Assembly: GCA_052390235.1 (NCBI GenBank)
Contig: JBQTHB010000006.1
Coordinates: forward strand, 160,001-224,000
From: Deltaproteobacteria bacterium
GTDB lineage: Bacteria > Desulfobacterota_D > UBA1144 > Nemesobacterales > CSP1-2
Length of the DNA stretch: 64,000 bases
Direction of reading: 5' to 3'
Positions 17,054 to 25,503 of the stretch are shown here, in pieces. A program made the position numbers and the translations under genes. Below the pieces are notes generated by a model. The model saw only the letters and a program-made list of their open reading frames with translations, ran no database searches and was not told the DNA's origin. Position 1 is the stretch's first letter, and each line of letters begins with the position of its first letter.

Positions 17054-18007
17054 CTAAATGGGGGAATCCGCAGGATCAATCCCCAACAGAGCCTCAGCGC
17101 TTCCCCCAAGGGCGGAGACCATAACCCTCACGTCCTCAAGCATCATTCCAATGAACGAATGCCGAGGCGAACCGGCATCTGCCGGCAGGTCGTCGTCCCT
17201 CAGCGTATCAATGTATGCCACTTCGGCTTCCTCGGCTATCTGCCGCAGAACCTTGCTTGGAAACACCTCCGAGCCGAAAATAGCGGGTACTTTCTCGCGC
17301 CGCAGTTGGTCAATTATCCGAGCTACCTCTCTTGCCGAAGGCTCGGAAAAGCTCGAAGGCTGAATCGCGCCTATGACCTTCATCCCGTAGCGCCTCGCGA
17401 AATAAGCCCAAGAGTCGTGGTAGGTGAGGAGCTTTCTATTGGCTTGGGGGATTGTGAGGATAGCCGTCTCAATGCGGCTGTCGAGTTGCTTGAGTCTCGC
17501 AATATAGACCTCGGCGTTCTGGGTATAGAAATCCCTATTCGCGCCGTCCATTGCCGAGAGCCTGTCCCGAATGAGTTCGGCGTACCGGATGGCGTAGGGG
17601 ATGTTCATCCACAGGTGCGGATTGGGATTCCCCTCGGCTTTGGGAAAGCTGAAATCAAATATCCACTCCCGCCGGGAGACAGTCCCATCGCCGAGCTTCA
17701 GCAGAGAGTCTCGCCTTTTTCCGCTCGCCCTTGCCATTTTCTCCGTGGGGATTTCGAGATTTAAGCCGTTTAATATGACGAGGTCGGCGCGGGCAAGGAG
17801 GCGGACATCCGAGGGTTTCGGCTCAAATGTGTGAGAATTAACCCCCTCCGGCACGAGCCCGCGGAGGGTTATTTTTGAGCCTCCGATGTTTTTAGCGATA
17901 TTGGTTATTGGGGCGACAGTTGTAACGACGTTGAGTTTTCCACCGGCGGAGTGAGCGCGCAACGGGACAAATAAGACCAGAGCGAATAGAATGAGACAAA
18001 TTTTCAT
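17054..18007 (-). CDS. Metal ABC transporter substrate-binding protein (ZnuA/TroA, cluster A-I)
   Basis: NSHTFEP, NGLNLE, NPHLW, TYHDSW, LRDDD suggest His/His/His/Asp ligands. Confidence 0.92.
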   Translation of the reverse strand: MKICLILFALVLFVPLRAHSAGGKLNVVTTVAPITNIAKNIGGSKITLRGLVPEGVNSHTFEPKPSDVRLLARADLVILNGLNLEIPTEKMARASGKRRDSLLKLGDGTVSRREWIFDFSFPKAEGNPNPHLWMNIPYAIRYAELIRDRLSAMDGANRDFYTQNAEVYIARLKQLDSRIETAILTIPQANRKLLTYHDSWAYFARRYGMKVIGAIQPSSFSEPSAREVARIIDQLRREKVPAIFGSEVFPSKVLRQIAEEAEVAYIDTLRDDDLPADAGSPRHSFIGMMLEDVRVMVSALGGSAEALLGIDPADSPI

Positions 18008-18149
18008 CAATCCCCCATTTGCGAATCGCTTTTTGGGTATAGTAGCACAAAAGGAGCGGTTTTACATATAAAATCGCATACAAAGGGGAATTTCGTATTA
18101 ATTCAATAGCAGACAAAATAAGAACTGGGAAATTAAAACAGCCGAGGGA

Positions 18150-18563
18150 TCAGAGCTCTTTTCCCGACGTGGTCTTGGAGAGTTGTCCGTGCTTGACGCC
18201 TTTGATGCCGATGAGTTTGTCGGCAAATTTTTTGATTTCCGAGCTTCTCCCGCGGACAACTATGGCTTCGAGGCAGTTGTCGTGGTCGAGGTGGACGTGC
18301 AGGGCGGAGTTTATCATGGAGCTGTGGTCGTGCTGAAGGTCGGCGAGTTTGTCCATGAGTTCGCGGATGTGATGGTCATAGACTATCGTGATGACGCCTA
18401 CGGTCTCCTCGTCGCTTTCCCACTCGCTTTGGGTGATGAAATTGCGTATCAAGTCGCGTATGGCTTCGGAGCGGTTGACATAGCCCCTCCCCTCGATGAG
18501 CCTATCAAACCTCTCGACGAGATCCGAGCTGATTGACACCCCCAGCCTTAGCAATTCTGCCAT
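18150..18563 (-). CDS. nikR: Nickel-responsive regulator NikR
   Basis: RHH N-terminus (RLGVSI..NRSEAIRDLIR); QH..HVHLDHDNCLE nickel site. Confidence 0.96.
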   Translation of the reverse strand: MAELLRLGVSISSDLVERFDRLIEGRGYVNRSEAIRDLIRNFITQSEWESDEETVGVITIVYDHHIRELMDKLADLQHDHSSMINSALHVHLDHDNCLEAIVVRGRSSEIKKFADKLIGIKGVKHGQLSKTTSGKEL

Positions 18564-18651
18564 AGAAACACCTTCTTAAACGTGGATTTTTACGAGACCT
18601 ATTATAGACTGAATTGGGCGGAGGCTCAATATGCCTATCAGTAAAGAGGGG

Positions 18652-20124
18652 TTAGAATTTTATCTGAATCACCCCTCCGCTCACGAGAGACTCGACGGCA
18701 ATGATAACCCCAAGAGCGGTTATAACAAAGGACGAGGCAACGGGCAGTATGCGCGCCAATCTCCCCTCGGCGTTGAATCCGTCCATAAACCGCCTCGCAT
18801 AGATCATCATAAGCCCGATGCCTATCAGCGCAGCCGCAAGCCCGAAGCTAAAAACCACAATCAGCGCTAGCCCAAAACCTATTTTCTGAAGCGAAATCGC
18901 GCCCAGAAGCACCACAAGCGCCGACGGACACGGCACTATACCCCCGCTCACGCCAAGGGTAACGAGGCTCGTAAAATTGAGCTTTTCCGGTATTTCGTGG
19001 CTATGCCCGTGATGCTCACCGCCATCGCCGCCGTGTGTGTGCTGGTCGTCCCCATCATGAGAATGCCCGTGATGCTCGCCGCCCCTTTGGAGATTTGCAT
19101 ACCGCCTGAGCAGTAGAACAAACCCTATTACGGCAATCATCAGCCCCGACAGAAAGCCGAGCCAAGGGTAGAGCTTTTCAGGGAGAATGTACCTCGAGGC
19201 ATAGAGCGTTGCGACCCCTATAATAAAAACCCCCGCCGTGTGGGAGAGCGTTACAACCACTCCTAGCAGAAGGGCGTGAGCCGCCGTGCCGCGAGACCCA
19301 ATGAGGTATGCCGCCACCACGGTTTTGCCGTGTCCCGGCGAGAGGGCGTGAAAAGCGCCGAGGGCAAAAGCCGTAGCGAGCGAAGCCAAAATAACGCCGA
19401 AGGACAGTTCCCTACGGGAGATAAGCTCGGTAAAAGCGTCGCGCGGGGTATTATTAGCGCCCGGCGGCGGGGATTCTACCCGCGCCTGCGCATTGGAAGA
19501 ACCCGCCCCTCCAATGGCAAATGAAACCTCCGCGCTCACGTCCTGAGGGGGCGCGGCAATGGTATCCTCGGGATAGCTCGAAAGCCCCCGGCTAATGTCC
19601 TCAGACGGGGCGGAGGTTTCAACTATTGATACTCCTTGGGAGGCTAGGGCGATAATCTCTTTCCATCCGGCTCTGGTCGGGTAGTTGGCGTCGCTGTAGG
19701 AGAGGGTATTGACATCCCTCAGGCTGATTTGTTTGAATGAGGCGCGCAGCCGCGCCGTAATTTTAATTGTCGCAAGCCCTCCGGCTCCGGGGATAAATTC
19801 CATAGCCGAGGATTCGGTCTCAAGAGTCGCCGGCGCGCCGTTTAAATTCAGGGACAATCCCCTCTTTAATTCTTCAATCTTTGACGCCGCATAGAGCCTC
19901 TGCTCGTCTGGGGAGGGGTTTTTATCCCCGTCTGCGTCAATCGCGCTCATTTCCTGATAGGTCGGAATCTCAGCCATGTCTATTATGTACCCGATACTTG
20001 CGGCGTCCCTGCCAACCTCGATTCTCGCATAGTGATTTATGCTGAAATTTCCCATTGGATGGGCGAGCGCGGCGATAGGGGCGGCGATTAGGACGAGGAG
20101 CAATAAGCACAGAGATTTCATCAT
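18652..20124 (-). CDS. RcnA/NicO-type Ni/Co transporter fused to an N-terminal periplasmic domain
   Basis: Signal peptide then HPMGNFSINHY; FHALSPGHGKT, SHTAG, His-rich loop with GGEHHGHSH twice, GGIVPCPSAL. Confidence 0.88.
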   Translation of the reverse strand: MMKSLCLLLLVLIAAPIAALAHPMGNFSINHYARIEVGRDAASIGYIIDMAEIPTYQEMSAIDADGDKNPSPDEQRLYAASKIEELKRGLSLNLNGAPATLETESSAMEFIPGAGGLATIKITARLRASFKQISLRDVNTLSYSDANYPTRAGWKEIIALASQGVSIVETSAPSEDISRGLSSYPEDTIAAPPQDVSAEVSFAIGGAGSSNAQARVESPPPGANNTPRDAFTELISRRELSFGVILASLATAFALGAFHALSPGHGKTVVAAYLIGSRGTAAHALLLGVVVTLSHTAGVFIIGVATLYASRYILPEKLYPWLGFLSGLMIAVIGFVLLLRRYANLQRGGEHHGHSHDGDDQHTHGGDGGEHHGHSHEIPEKLNFTSLVTLGVSGGIVPCPSALVVLLGAISLQKIGFGLALIVVFSFGLAAALIGIGLMMIYARRFMDGFNAEGRLARILPVASSFVITALGVIIAVESLVSGGVIQIKF

Positions 20125-20198
20125 ATATAACAGACTCCGAATCGAATTAGCTTATCTCGGTTCATCGGGGAATTTTTTAATTGGGCGCGTAGCCGGCA

Positions 20199-20795
20199 TT
20201 AATCCTCATTCGTTAAAATGCCGCGGAGTTTAATCATGCCAAAACGCATCCAGCTCTTTACCGTTCCTATCGGCTGATTCATTTCAATTGCAATTTCGCT
20301 TTGGCTGAGTCCGCGGAAATACGCCAAATTGAGCGCCTGTCTCTGACGCGGGTCGAGCCTTGAGAACGCGTCCTGAATCTTGCGGTAGCGCTCATCTCGA
20401 AGGGTGGAATCCTCGGCGCTTTCCGAGGTGTCGGGATACTCAATCTCAGCAGAATCCTCAAACTTCCTCCTCTGCGCGCCGGAGCGTATCCGGTCAATTG
20501 CCCTGCTTCGGGTAATCATCATTAGCCAAGCCAAGGGGGAACTGCGCCGCCAGTCGTATTGGCGGGCTTTAGTCCAAACCTGCATATAAACGTCAGCCGT
20601 AATTTCTTCGGCTTCGGCGGCATTGCCCAGTATGCGCAAAGCAACCCCATATACCAGCGGGCTCGTAATTTCGTAAAACGCCCTAAGGGCGCTCTCGCTG
20701 CCAGCGGCGATTTCAGAAACTAAGCGAGACAGATGCTCTTCTTTCATGGAAAATTTCGGAAATAGGTCTCCCGATGTGTTTTGCATCGCCTTCAT
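20199..20795 (-). CDS. ECF sigma factor (SigK-like); true start uncertain (20747-20873)
   Basis: Region 2 AEEITADVYMQVW..LAWLMMITRSRAIDRIR; region 4 LAYFRGLSQSEIA..PIGTVKSWMRFG. Confidence 0.92.
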   Translation of the reverse strand: MKAMQNTSGDLFPKFSMKEEHLSRLVSEIAAGSESALRAFYEITSPLVYGVALRILGNAAEAEEITADVYMQVWTKARQYDWRRSSPLAWLMMITRSRAIDRIRSGAQRRKFEDSAEIEYPDTSESAEDSTLRDERYRKIQDAFSRLDPRQRQALNLAYFRGLSQSEIAIEMNQPIGTVKSWMRFGMIKLRGILTNED

Positions 20796-20939
20796 CAGTT
20801 GAAAACAACCCCCACAGCAGAGTCCATGGGGAATAAGGCAAGCCGAAATGGCTATGAAAATCAAGTATATCACAGGAATATTAATGTTTGAAACGCGACC
20901 TTCGCCGTTTAACCGTTGCGAGATGACGCGATAAAACCT

Positions 20940-20969
20940 TAAACCGCAGGAGCGGATTCATCGTATATA
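20940..20969 (+). promoter_or_regulatory. Putative ECF sigma promoter upstream of the anti-sigma gene
   Basis: TAAACCG-N15-CGTATATA; shared with 4711-4741. Confidence 0.5.
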
Positions 20970-21029
20970 TGTTTATATAAAGCCCGGCGGAGGCGCTTAT
21001 GAACTGCGGGGCATTCTAGTGGTAAAATA

Positions 21030-21908
21030 ATGGGGAAGATGCAAAATCACGAGAGGTTCACCGAATTAGTCCCGCTTTACGCCCTCGGCGCTCTCGACGG
21101 AGACGACCTGAGGGATTTATGGGCGCACCTTAAAAACGGATGCCCTGCCTGCGAAAAGCTCCTTTGGGAATGCGAGGAAGCGGCGGCTCAGGGAATAGCC
21201 GGCTCTGCATCCTTGATAGCTCCGCCCGAAAGCCTGGGAGCGTCCATCGTGGGGAGAATCGGGGCTTCAGCAACGAGGCCTCTGCCCCAAGCGCCCCCCG
21301 CGTCGTCTCTCTGGGAGCGGCTTGGGCCGGCGCTATTCAAATTTGCGGCTGGCGCGGCGGCTTTCGGCTTTATCGTCTATTTTTACCTATCCACGCTCTC
21401 GCTGCGAGACGAGATTGAGGAGCAGAACGAGGAGATAGCGGCTCTCAAAGAGCGCCTCGGCGAGCAGACCGGAGGACAAGAGTCCCTAAAGAGTTCCCTC
21501 AGCAAAAAAGATGGGGAAATCGCCAAACTACGGGAGCAACTCTCGGCGCAGATTGAAACAACAAAATTTCTGTCGGGCTCTAAAGTCGTCGTGATTAACT
21601 TAACCGGCTCGCAGCCGAACTATAAATCGTCGGGCAAGGTGCTTTGGGACACGAAAACAAACGAAGCTCTATTCATAGGCTCAAGCCTGCCCAACATCCC
21701 GCCTGGCAAGACCTATCAACTCTGGGCCGTAACGGACAGCGCGGCGGTCAGCGTCGCCGTGTTTAAAGTGGACGTCAATGGGAATAATTCTATTAAATTT
21801 GAGTCAGTGTCAACGCCTGAGAGGGTTCAGAAATTCGCCGTGAGCCTCGAGCCGGAAGGCGGCGCCCCGAAACCCACGGGAGAGATTTATCTGGCGGGAA
21901 TGCTGTAG
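21030..21908 (+). CDS. RskA-type anti-sigma factor with ZAS-like HxxxxCxxC motif
   Basis: YALGAL...AHLKNGCPAC; one TM helix; coiled coil; KTYQLWA..FAVSLEPEGGAPKPTG. Confidence 0.92.
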   Translation: MGKMQNHERFTELVPLYALGALDGDDLRDLWAHLKNGCPACEKLLWECEEAAAQGIAGSASLIAPPESLGASIVGRIGASATRPLPQAPPASSLWERLGPALFKFAAGAAAFGFIVYFYLSTLSLRDEIEEQNEEIAALKERLGEQTGGQESLKSSLSKKDGEIAKLREQLSAQIETTKFLSGSKVVVINLTGSQPNYKSSGKVLWDTKTNEALFIGSSLPNIPPGKTYQLWAVTDSAAVSVAVFKVDVNGNNSIKFESVSTPERVQKFAVSLEPEGGAPKPTGEIYLAGML

Positions 21909-22020
21909 AAACTCTGCCAAATTTCTGAGCTAAGCAGCGCGAACCCAACCCTCTTTCGTCGGCACTTGCCGCGAGCCAGTCGAATGCTCCAATCTCCCCC
22001 CCTCCCACATACCCCGAAAA

Positions 22021-23223
22021 TCAGTCGGCGGCGTGCCTGTCGTACGTCCTGAGGATGCCGTAAGTGGTGGTTCTCTCGGCGGGGATGCGCCCGATTTCCC
22101 TAGTGAGGCGGCGGAACTCCTCGGGCGGGAAATACTGCCCGTGGCTCGCTCCGGCGGCGCGCGAGATATGCTCCTCCATGAGAGTGCCTCCGAAATCGTT
22201 TGCCCCGGCAGTAAGAGAGAATTGGGCAAATTCGGGCCCCTGCTTTACCCACGAGACTTGAATATTGTTTATCCAGCCCCGAAGCATGAGCCTTGAGACC
22301 CCGTACATCTTAAGCTGGTCGAGGTCTGTGGGGCCGCCCATGACCTTACCCTTCGATTTTTTAAACAGCCGCGTGTTCCAAGGGATGAATCTGAGGGGAA
22401 CAAATTCCGTAATGCCTCCGGTTTCTTTTTGAATATCGCGCAGAATTGCGATGTGTTTCGCCCAGTGGTGGGGCTTGTCCACATGTCCGTACATTATGGT
22501 TGATGTGGTTCTCATTCCTGCTCTGTGGGCTTTTTTCACGATGCGTATCCAGTCCTCAGTTGCCATCTTGCGGGGGGCGATGATTTTCCTCACCTCTTCG
22601 TCCAAGACCTCAGCGGCTGTGCCTGGAAAGGTATTGTGTCCCGCATCTTTGAGCATCTGGATAAAATCCTCCTCGCTGATGCCGAGCGTATTAGCGCCGT
22701 AGTAAATCTCAAAGGGCGAGAAGCAGTGCGTGTGCATATCGGGGACTGCCCTTTTGACCGTTTTTACGATTTCCACATAGAACTTGCCGTCAATGTCCGG
22801 GTGCATTCCCCCCTGCATACAGACCTCGGTTGCCCCGTTTTCGCGGGCTTCGATGGTTTTCTGCGCGATTTCTTCCATCGTGAGGAAGTACGCCCTCTCA
22901 TCCCCTTCGGGAGCCATGAAGTTGCAAAAACCGCACCAGGTGTTGCAGATATTGGTGAAATTGATATTGCGGTTTATAACGTAGGTAATCACGTCGCCCA
23001 CGTCGCGCTTTCTGATTTCGTCGGCGGCAATCGAGAGAAGCGACATCTCGTCCCTATTCTCAATATAAAACAGATGCGAGCCTTCCTCGACCGACACCTC
23101 TTCTCCTCGGAGGGCTTTGTCAATAATTCTCCCCGTCGCGCCGTTTACCTTAGATATGAGGCGGTCTAAGCCAAGAGCGCGGTCCTCTTCAATTTTGAGC
23201 ATTATCTCTTTTAACTCTTCCAT
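22021..23223 (-). CDS. cofH: FO synthase subunit CofH (radical SAM)
   Basis: NRNINFTNICNTWCGFCNF, EVCMQGG, PGTAAEVL, NIQVSWVK, GANDFGGTLMEEHISRAAG; overlaps cofG. Confidence 0.88.
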   Translation of the reverse strand: MEELKEIMLKIEEDRALGLDRLISKVNGATGRIIDKALRGEEVSVEEGSHLFYIENRDEMSLLSIAADEIRKRDVGDVITYVINRNINFTNICNTWCGFCNFMAPEGDERAYFLTMEEIAQKTIEARENGATEVCMQGGMHPDIDGKFYVEIVKTVKRAVPDMHTHCFSPFEIYYGANTLGISEEDFIQMLKDAGHNTFPGTAAEVLDEEVRKIIAPRKMATEDWIRIVKKAHRAGMRTTSTIMYGHVDKPHHWAKHIAILRDIQKETGGITEFVPLRFIPWNTRLFKKSKGKVMGGPTDLDQLKMYGVSRLMLRGWINNIQVSWVKQGPEFAQFSLTAGANDFGGTLMEEHISRAAGASHGQYFPPEEFRRLTREIGRIPAERTTTYGILRTYDRHAAD

Positions 23224-24494
23224 TTCGTGCTTCCTCCGTTGGTCATGACAAAACCCGTATCGTCAACAAAGTCCCCCACGCGCTCGAGAACATTTCGGCT
23301 TAGAAACTCCTCGCCGATGAACTCGGGATATACCGGCAGACGCTCCCTCAACCCGAAACCAAGCTCGGATACTACCTTTTCCATTCTTTCAAGCTGTGGC
23401 CATGGGCATTCGGGATTCACGTAGTCTATAGTGAGGGGAGACACCCCTCCCAGGTCATTGGCTCCGGCGAATATGAATACGGGATACGTTTTTAAATTCA
23501 AATTCGGCGGGATTTGTATATTCATCCCGCTGCCGAACATAATCCTAGCCACGGCGACCGTCTTTATCATATCGAATAGAGCGGCGGGCAGATGCCTGTG
23601 CATGAGAATCCCGTGCTTGGGATTAAAATTTTGAATTATTATTTCTTGAATATGCCCGTATTCCGCGGCAAGGCGTTTTATCTCAAGTAGCGAGCCGACC
23701 CTCTCGTCAACCGTCTCGCCGATTCCTACCAAGATGCCGGACGTCCATGGGATTCTAAGCTCTCCGGCAAATTCTGTGGTGCGGATTCTGAGCTTTGGCA
23801 CTTTGTCCGGGGAGCGGTAGTGGGCTTCTCCTTTTTTGAGGAGTCGCTCGCTGATGGTCTCAAGCATCAGCCCCTGGCTTGCGTTCCACTCCCGAAGGAG
23901 GGCGAGTTCTTCCCTTTTGGCGACGCCCATGTTGGTATGCGGGAAAATATTTTCATTGAGTCCAGCCTCGGACATCGCCGTGAGGTATTCGGCAGTGGAT
24001 TTGTAGCCGAGCCTGGCCAACGCCTCCCGATAGACGGGATATTTAAGCTCCGGCTTGTCGCCGGTTACGAACAGAAGCTCCGTACAGCCGAGAGCGACGG
24101 CGGCTCTGGTTTTCTCCATGACCTGCTCGGGGGTCATGAAAAGCTCGCCCTCGTGCGGCTCATATTTAAACGTGCAGTAGCCGCAGTGGTCTCTGCATAG
24201 GCGCGTAAGGGGGATGAACACGTTTTTCGAGTACGTGATGACGGGTTTGCCCGATTCTCTGATTTGCGAGGCGGCGGCAAGCAGGTACGCCAGCTCGTCC
24301 CTGCTAGTTTCGGCAAGAAACAGCGCGTCGTCCCCCTGGAGGGCTTCTCCGGCGACTGCTCCGTCCAATATATCCCTGAGCCGCGCAGACGCCTCCGCAG
24401 GGGCGGGACCGATACCCAGGGCTTGGAGCATCGAGCGAGCGCCCTCGGAATTAAATAATCTCTCCATCTCGTTATGCAGTAAACTCATAGCCAA
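23211..24494 (-). CDS. cofG: FO synthase subunit CofG (radical SAM)
   Basis: ITYSKNVFIPLTRLCRDHCGYCTF, PHTNMG, GLMLE, IQIPPNL, GANDLGGVSPLTIDYVNPE. Confidence 0.92.
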   Translation of the reverse strand: MAMSLLHNEMERLFNSEGARSMLQALGIGPAPAEASARLRDILDGAVAGEALQGDDALFLAETSRDELAYLLAAASQIRESGKPVITYSKNVFIPLTRLCRDHCGYCTFKYEPHEGELFMTPEQVMEKTRAAVALGCTELLFVTGDKPELKYPVYREALARLGYKSTAEYLTAMSEAGLNENIFPHTNMGVAKREELALLREWNASQGLMLETISERLLKKGEAHYRSPDKVPKLRIRTTEFAGELRIPWTSGILVGIGETVDERVGSLLEIKRLAAEYGHIQEIIIQNFNPKHGILMHRHLPAALFDMIKTVAVARIMFGSGMNIQIPPNLNLKTYPVFIFAGANDLGGVSPLTIDYVNPECPWPQLERMEKVVSELGFGLRERLPVYPEFIGEEFLSRNVLERVGDFVDDTGFVMTNGGSTKWKS

Positions 24495-24679
24495 ATTCCT
24501 CGTGAGGGGTTTAAACCTAGCGGGATTCAGTGTAAATGATTTTTATATTCTCACAAGTGAGCGGTTATTGTCAAGCTCCTCTCAAGGGGCGTGAAAAAAA
24601 GTGGGAGGGGGGATTATCACTCCCATCAATTTTGTTTTATGATATTTCAAATGCCGCGCGGCGTTGGGAGGGATTTGCC

Positions 24680-25417
24680 ATGAGCAAGGCGGAGTTGATA
24701 TTGCAGTATCTAAAAACCCTGATTTGGCCCATAGTGGTTCTGTTTATACTCCTCTCGTTCAGAGGGCAGATAGGAAATTTCCTCGGCGACGTAGAAGAAG
24801 CCGAGGTGTTCGGGGCGAAGCTCAAGGCTAAAGGGGCGAACATCAAAGAGCTTGAGAAAAAGGAAGAAGCCCTTAAACAAGCCCTCGACGAGCTGGGGCT
24901 TAGGTTCGGCGATATGGAGATATTAAACGCCTCCCTCTCGGCCGAGAATATGGATTTGGGTGAGAAGATACTGGCAGGAGGGAATTGCGCAGACACCGTC
25001 CCATCCCCGACAGTGTCCCCCGAAATTGCCGTAAGAGACCCCAAAGCGCTTGACGAAACGAACAAAAAGCTCACTAGGGACATTCAAAACAACTACGACC
25101 GCGCTCAGCAAATCGTGCGGGGAAGCAAATTCGAGCGCGCGCAGGAGCTTGAGGAGAGGGGATTCAACCAGATTGTCGAGGGGCAATTCGACGATGCCCT
25201 TGAGAGTTTCGAGCAGGCATGGGTGGCGTTCCCCACCTATCACAACGTTGACGAAATCAGGAAACTCCTGAGGCTAAACCTCGCGCGGCTTGGCAACGGC
25301 GAAACCGCAGAGCAAGCCCAAAGAGAGGTACTAGAAACGATATTAGCGAGATACTCCTGGGGCGTGCCGGAGCGGGCGGCAGGGCAGATGAAGGATAAAT
25401 TAAACCGCCTTCCCTAG
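24680..25417 (+). CDS. Hypothetical membrane-anchored coiled-coil protein with a TPR-like C-terminus
   Basis: One TM helix (LIWPIVVLFILL), heptad-rich middle; start set at ATG 24680 behind a GGAGGG SD. Confidence 0.6.
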   Translation: MSKAELILQYLKTLIWPIVVLFILLSFRGQIGNFLGDVEEAEVFGAKLKAKGANIKELEKKEEALKQALDELGLRFGDMEILNASLSAENMDLGEKILAGGNCADTVPSPTVSPEIAVRDPKALDETNKKLTRDIQNNYDRAQQIVRGSKFERAQELEERGFNQIVEGQFDDALESFEQAWVAFPTYHNVDEIRKLLRLNLARLGNGETAEQAQREVLETILARYSWGVPERAAGQMKDKLNRLP

Positions 25418-25503
25418 GGGTGGGCGCGGCGCCTCGTTTGCTTGACAATAGAGCCAGGAAAGGGTAATTTCTTGCCAATATTTTGTCCGAGGAATTCCCC
25501 CCC

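Noticed and set aside
22021..23223. MqnC/MqnE (futalosine pathway) assignment for the radical SAM gene
   Set aside because: It overlaps an unambiguous cofG, and its motifs (NIQVSWVK, MEEHISRAAG) fit CofH better
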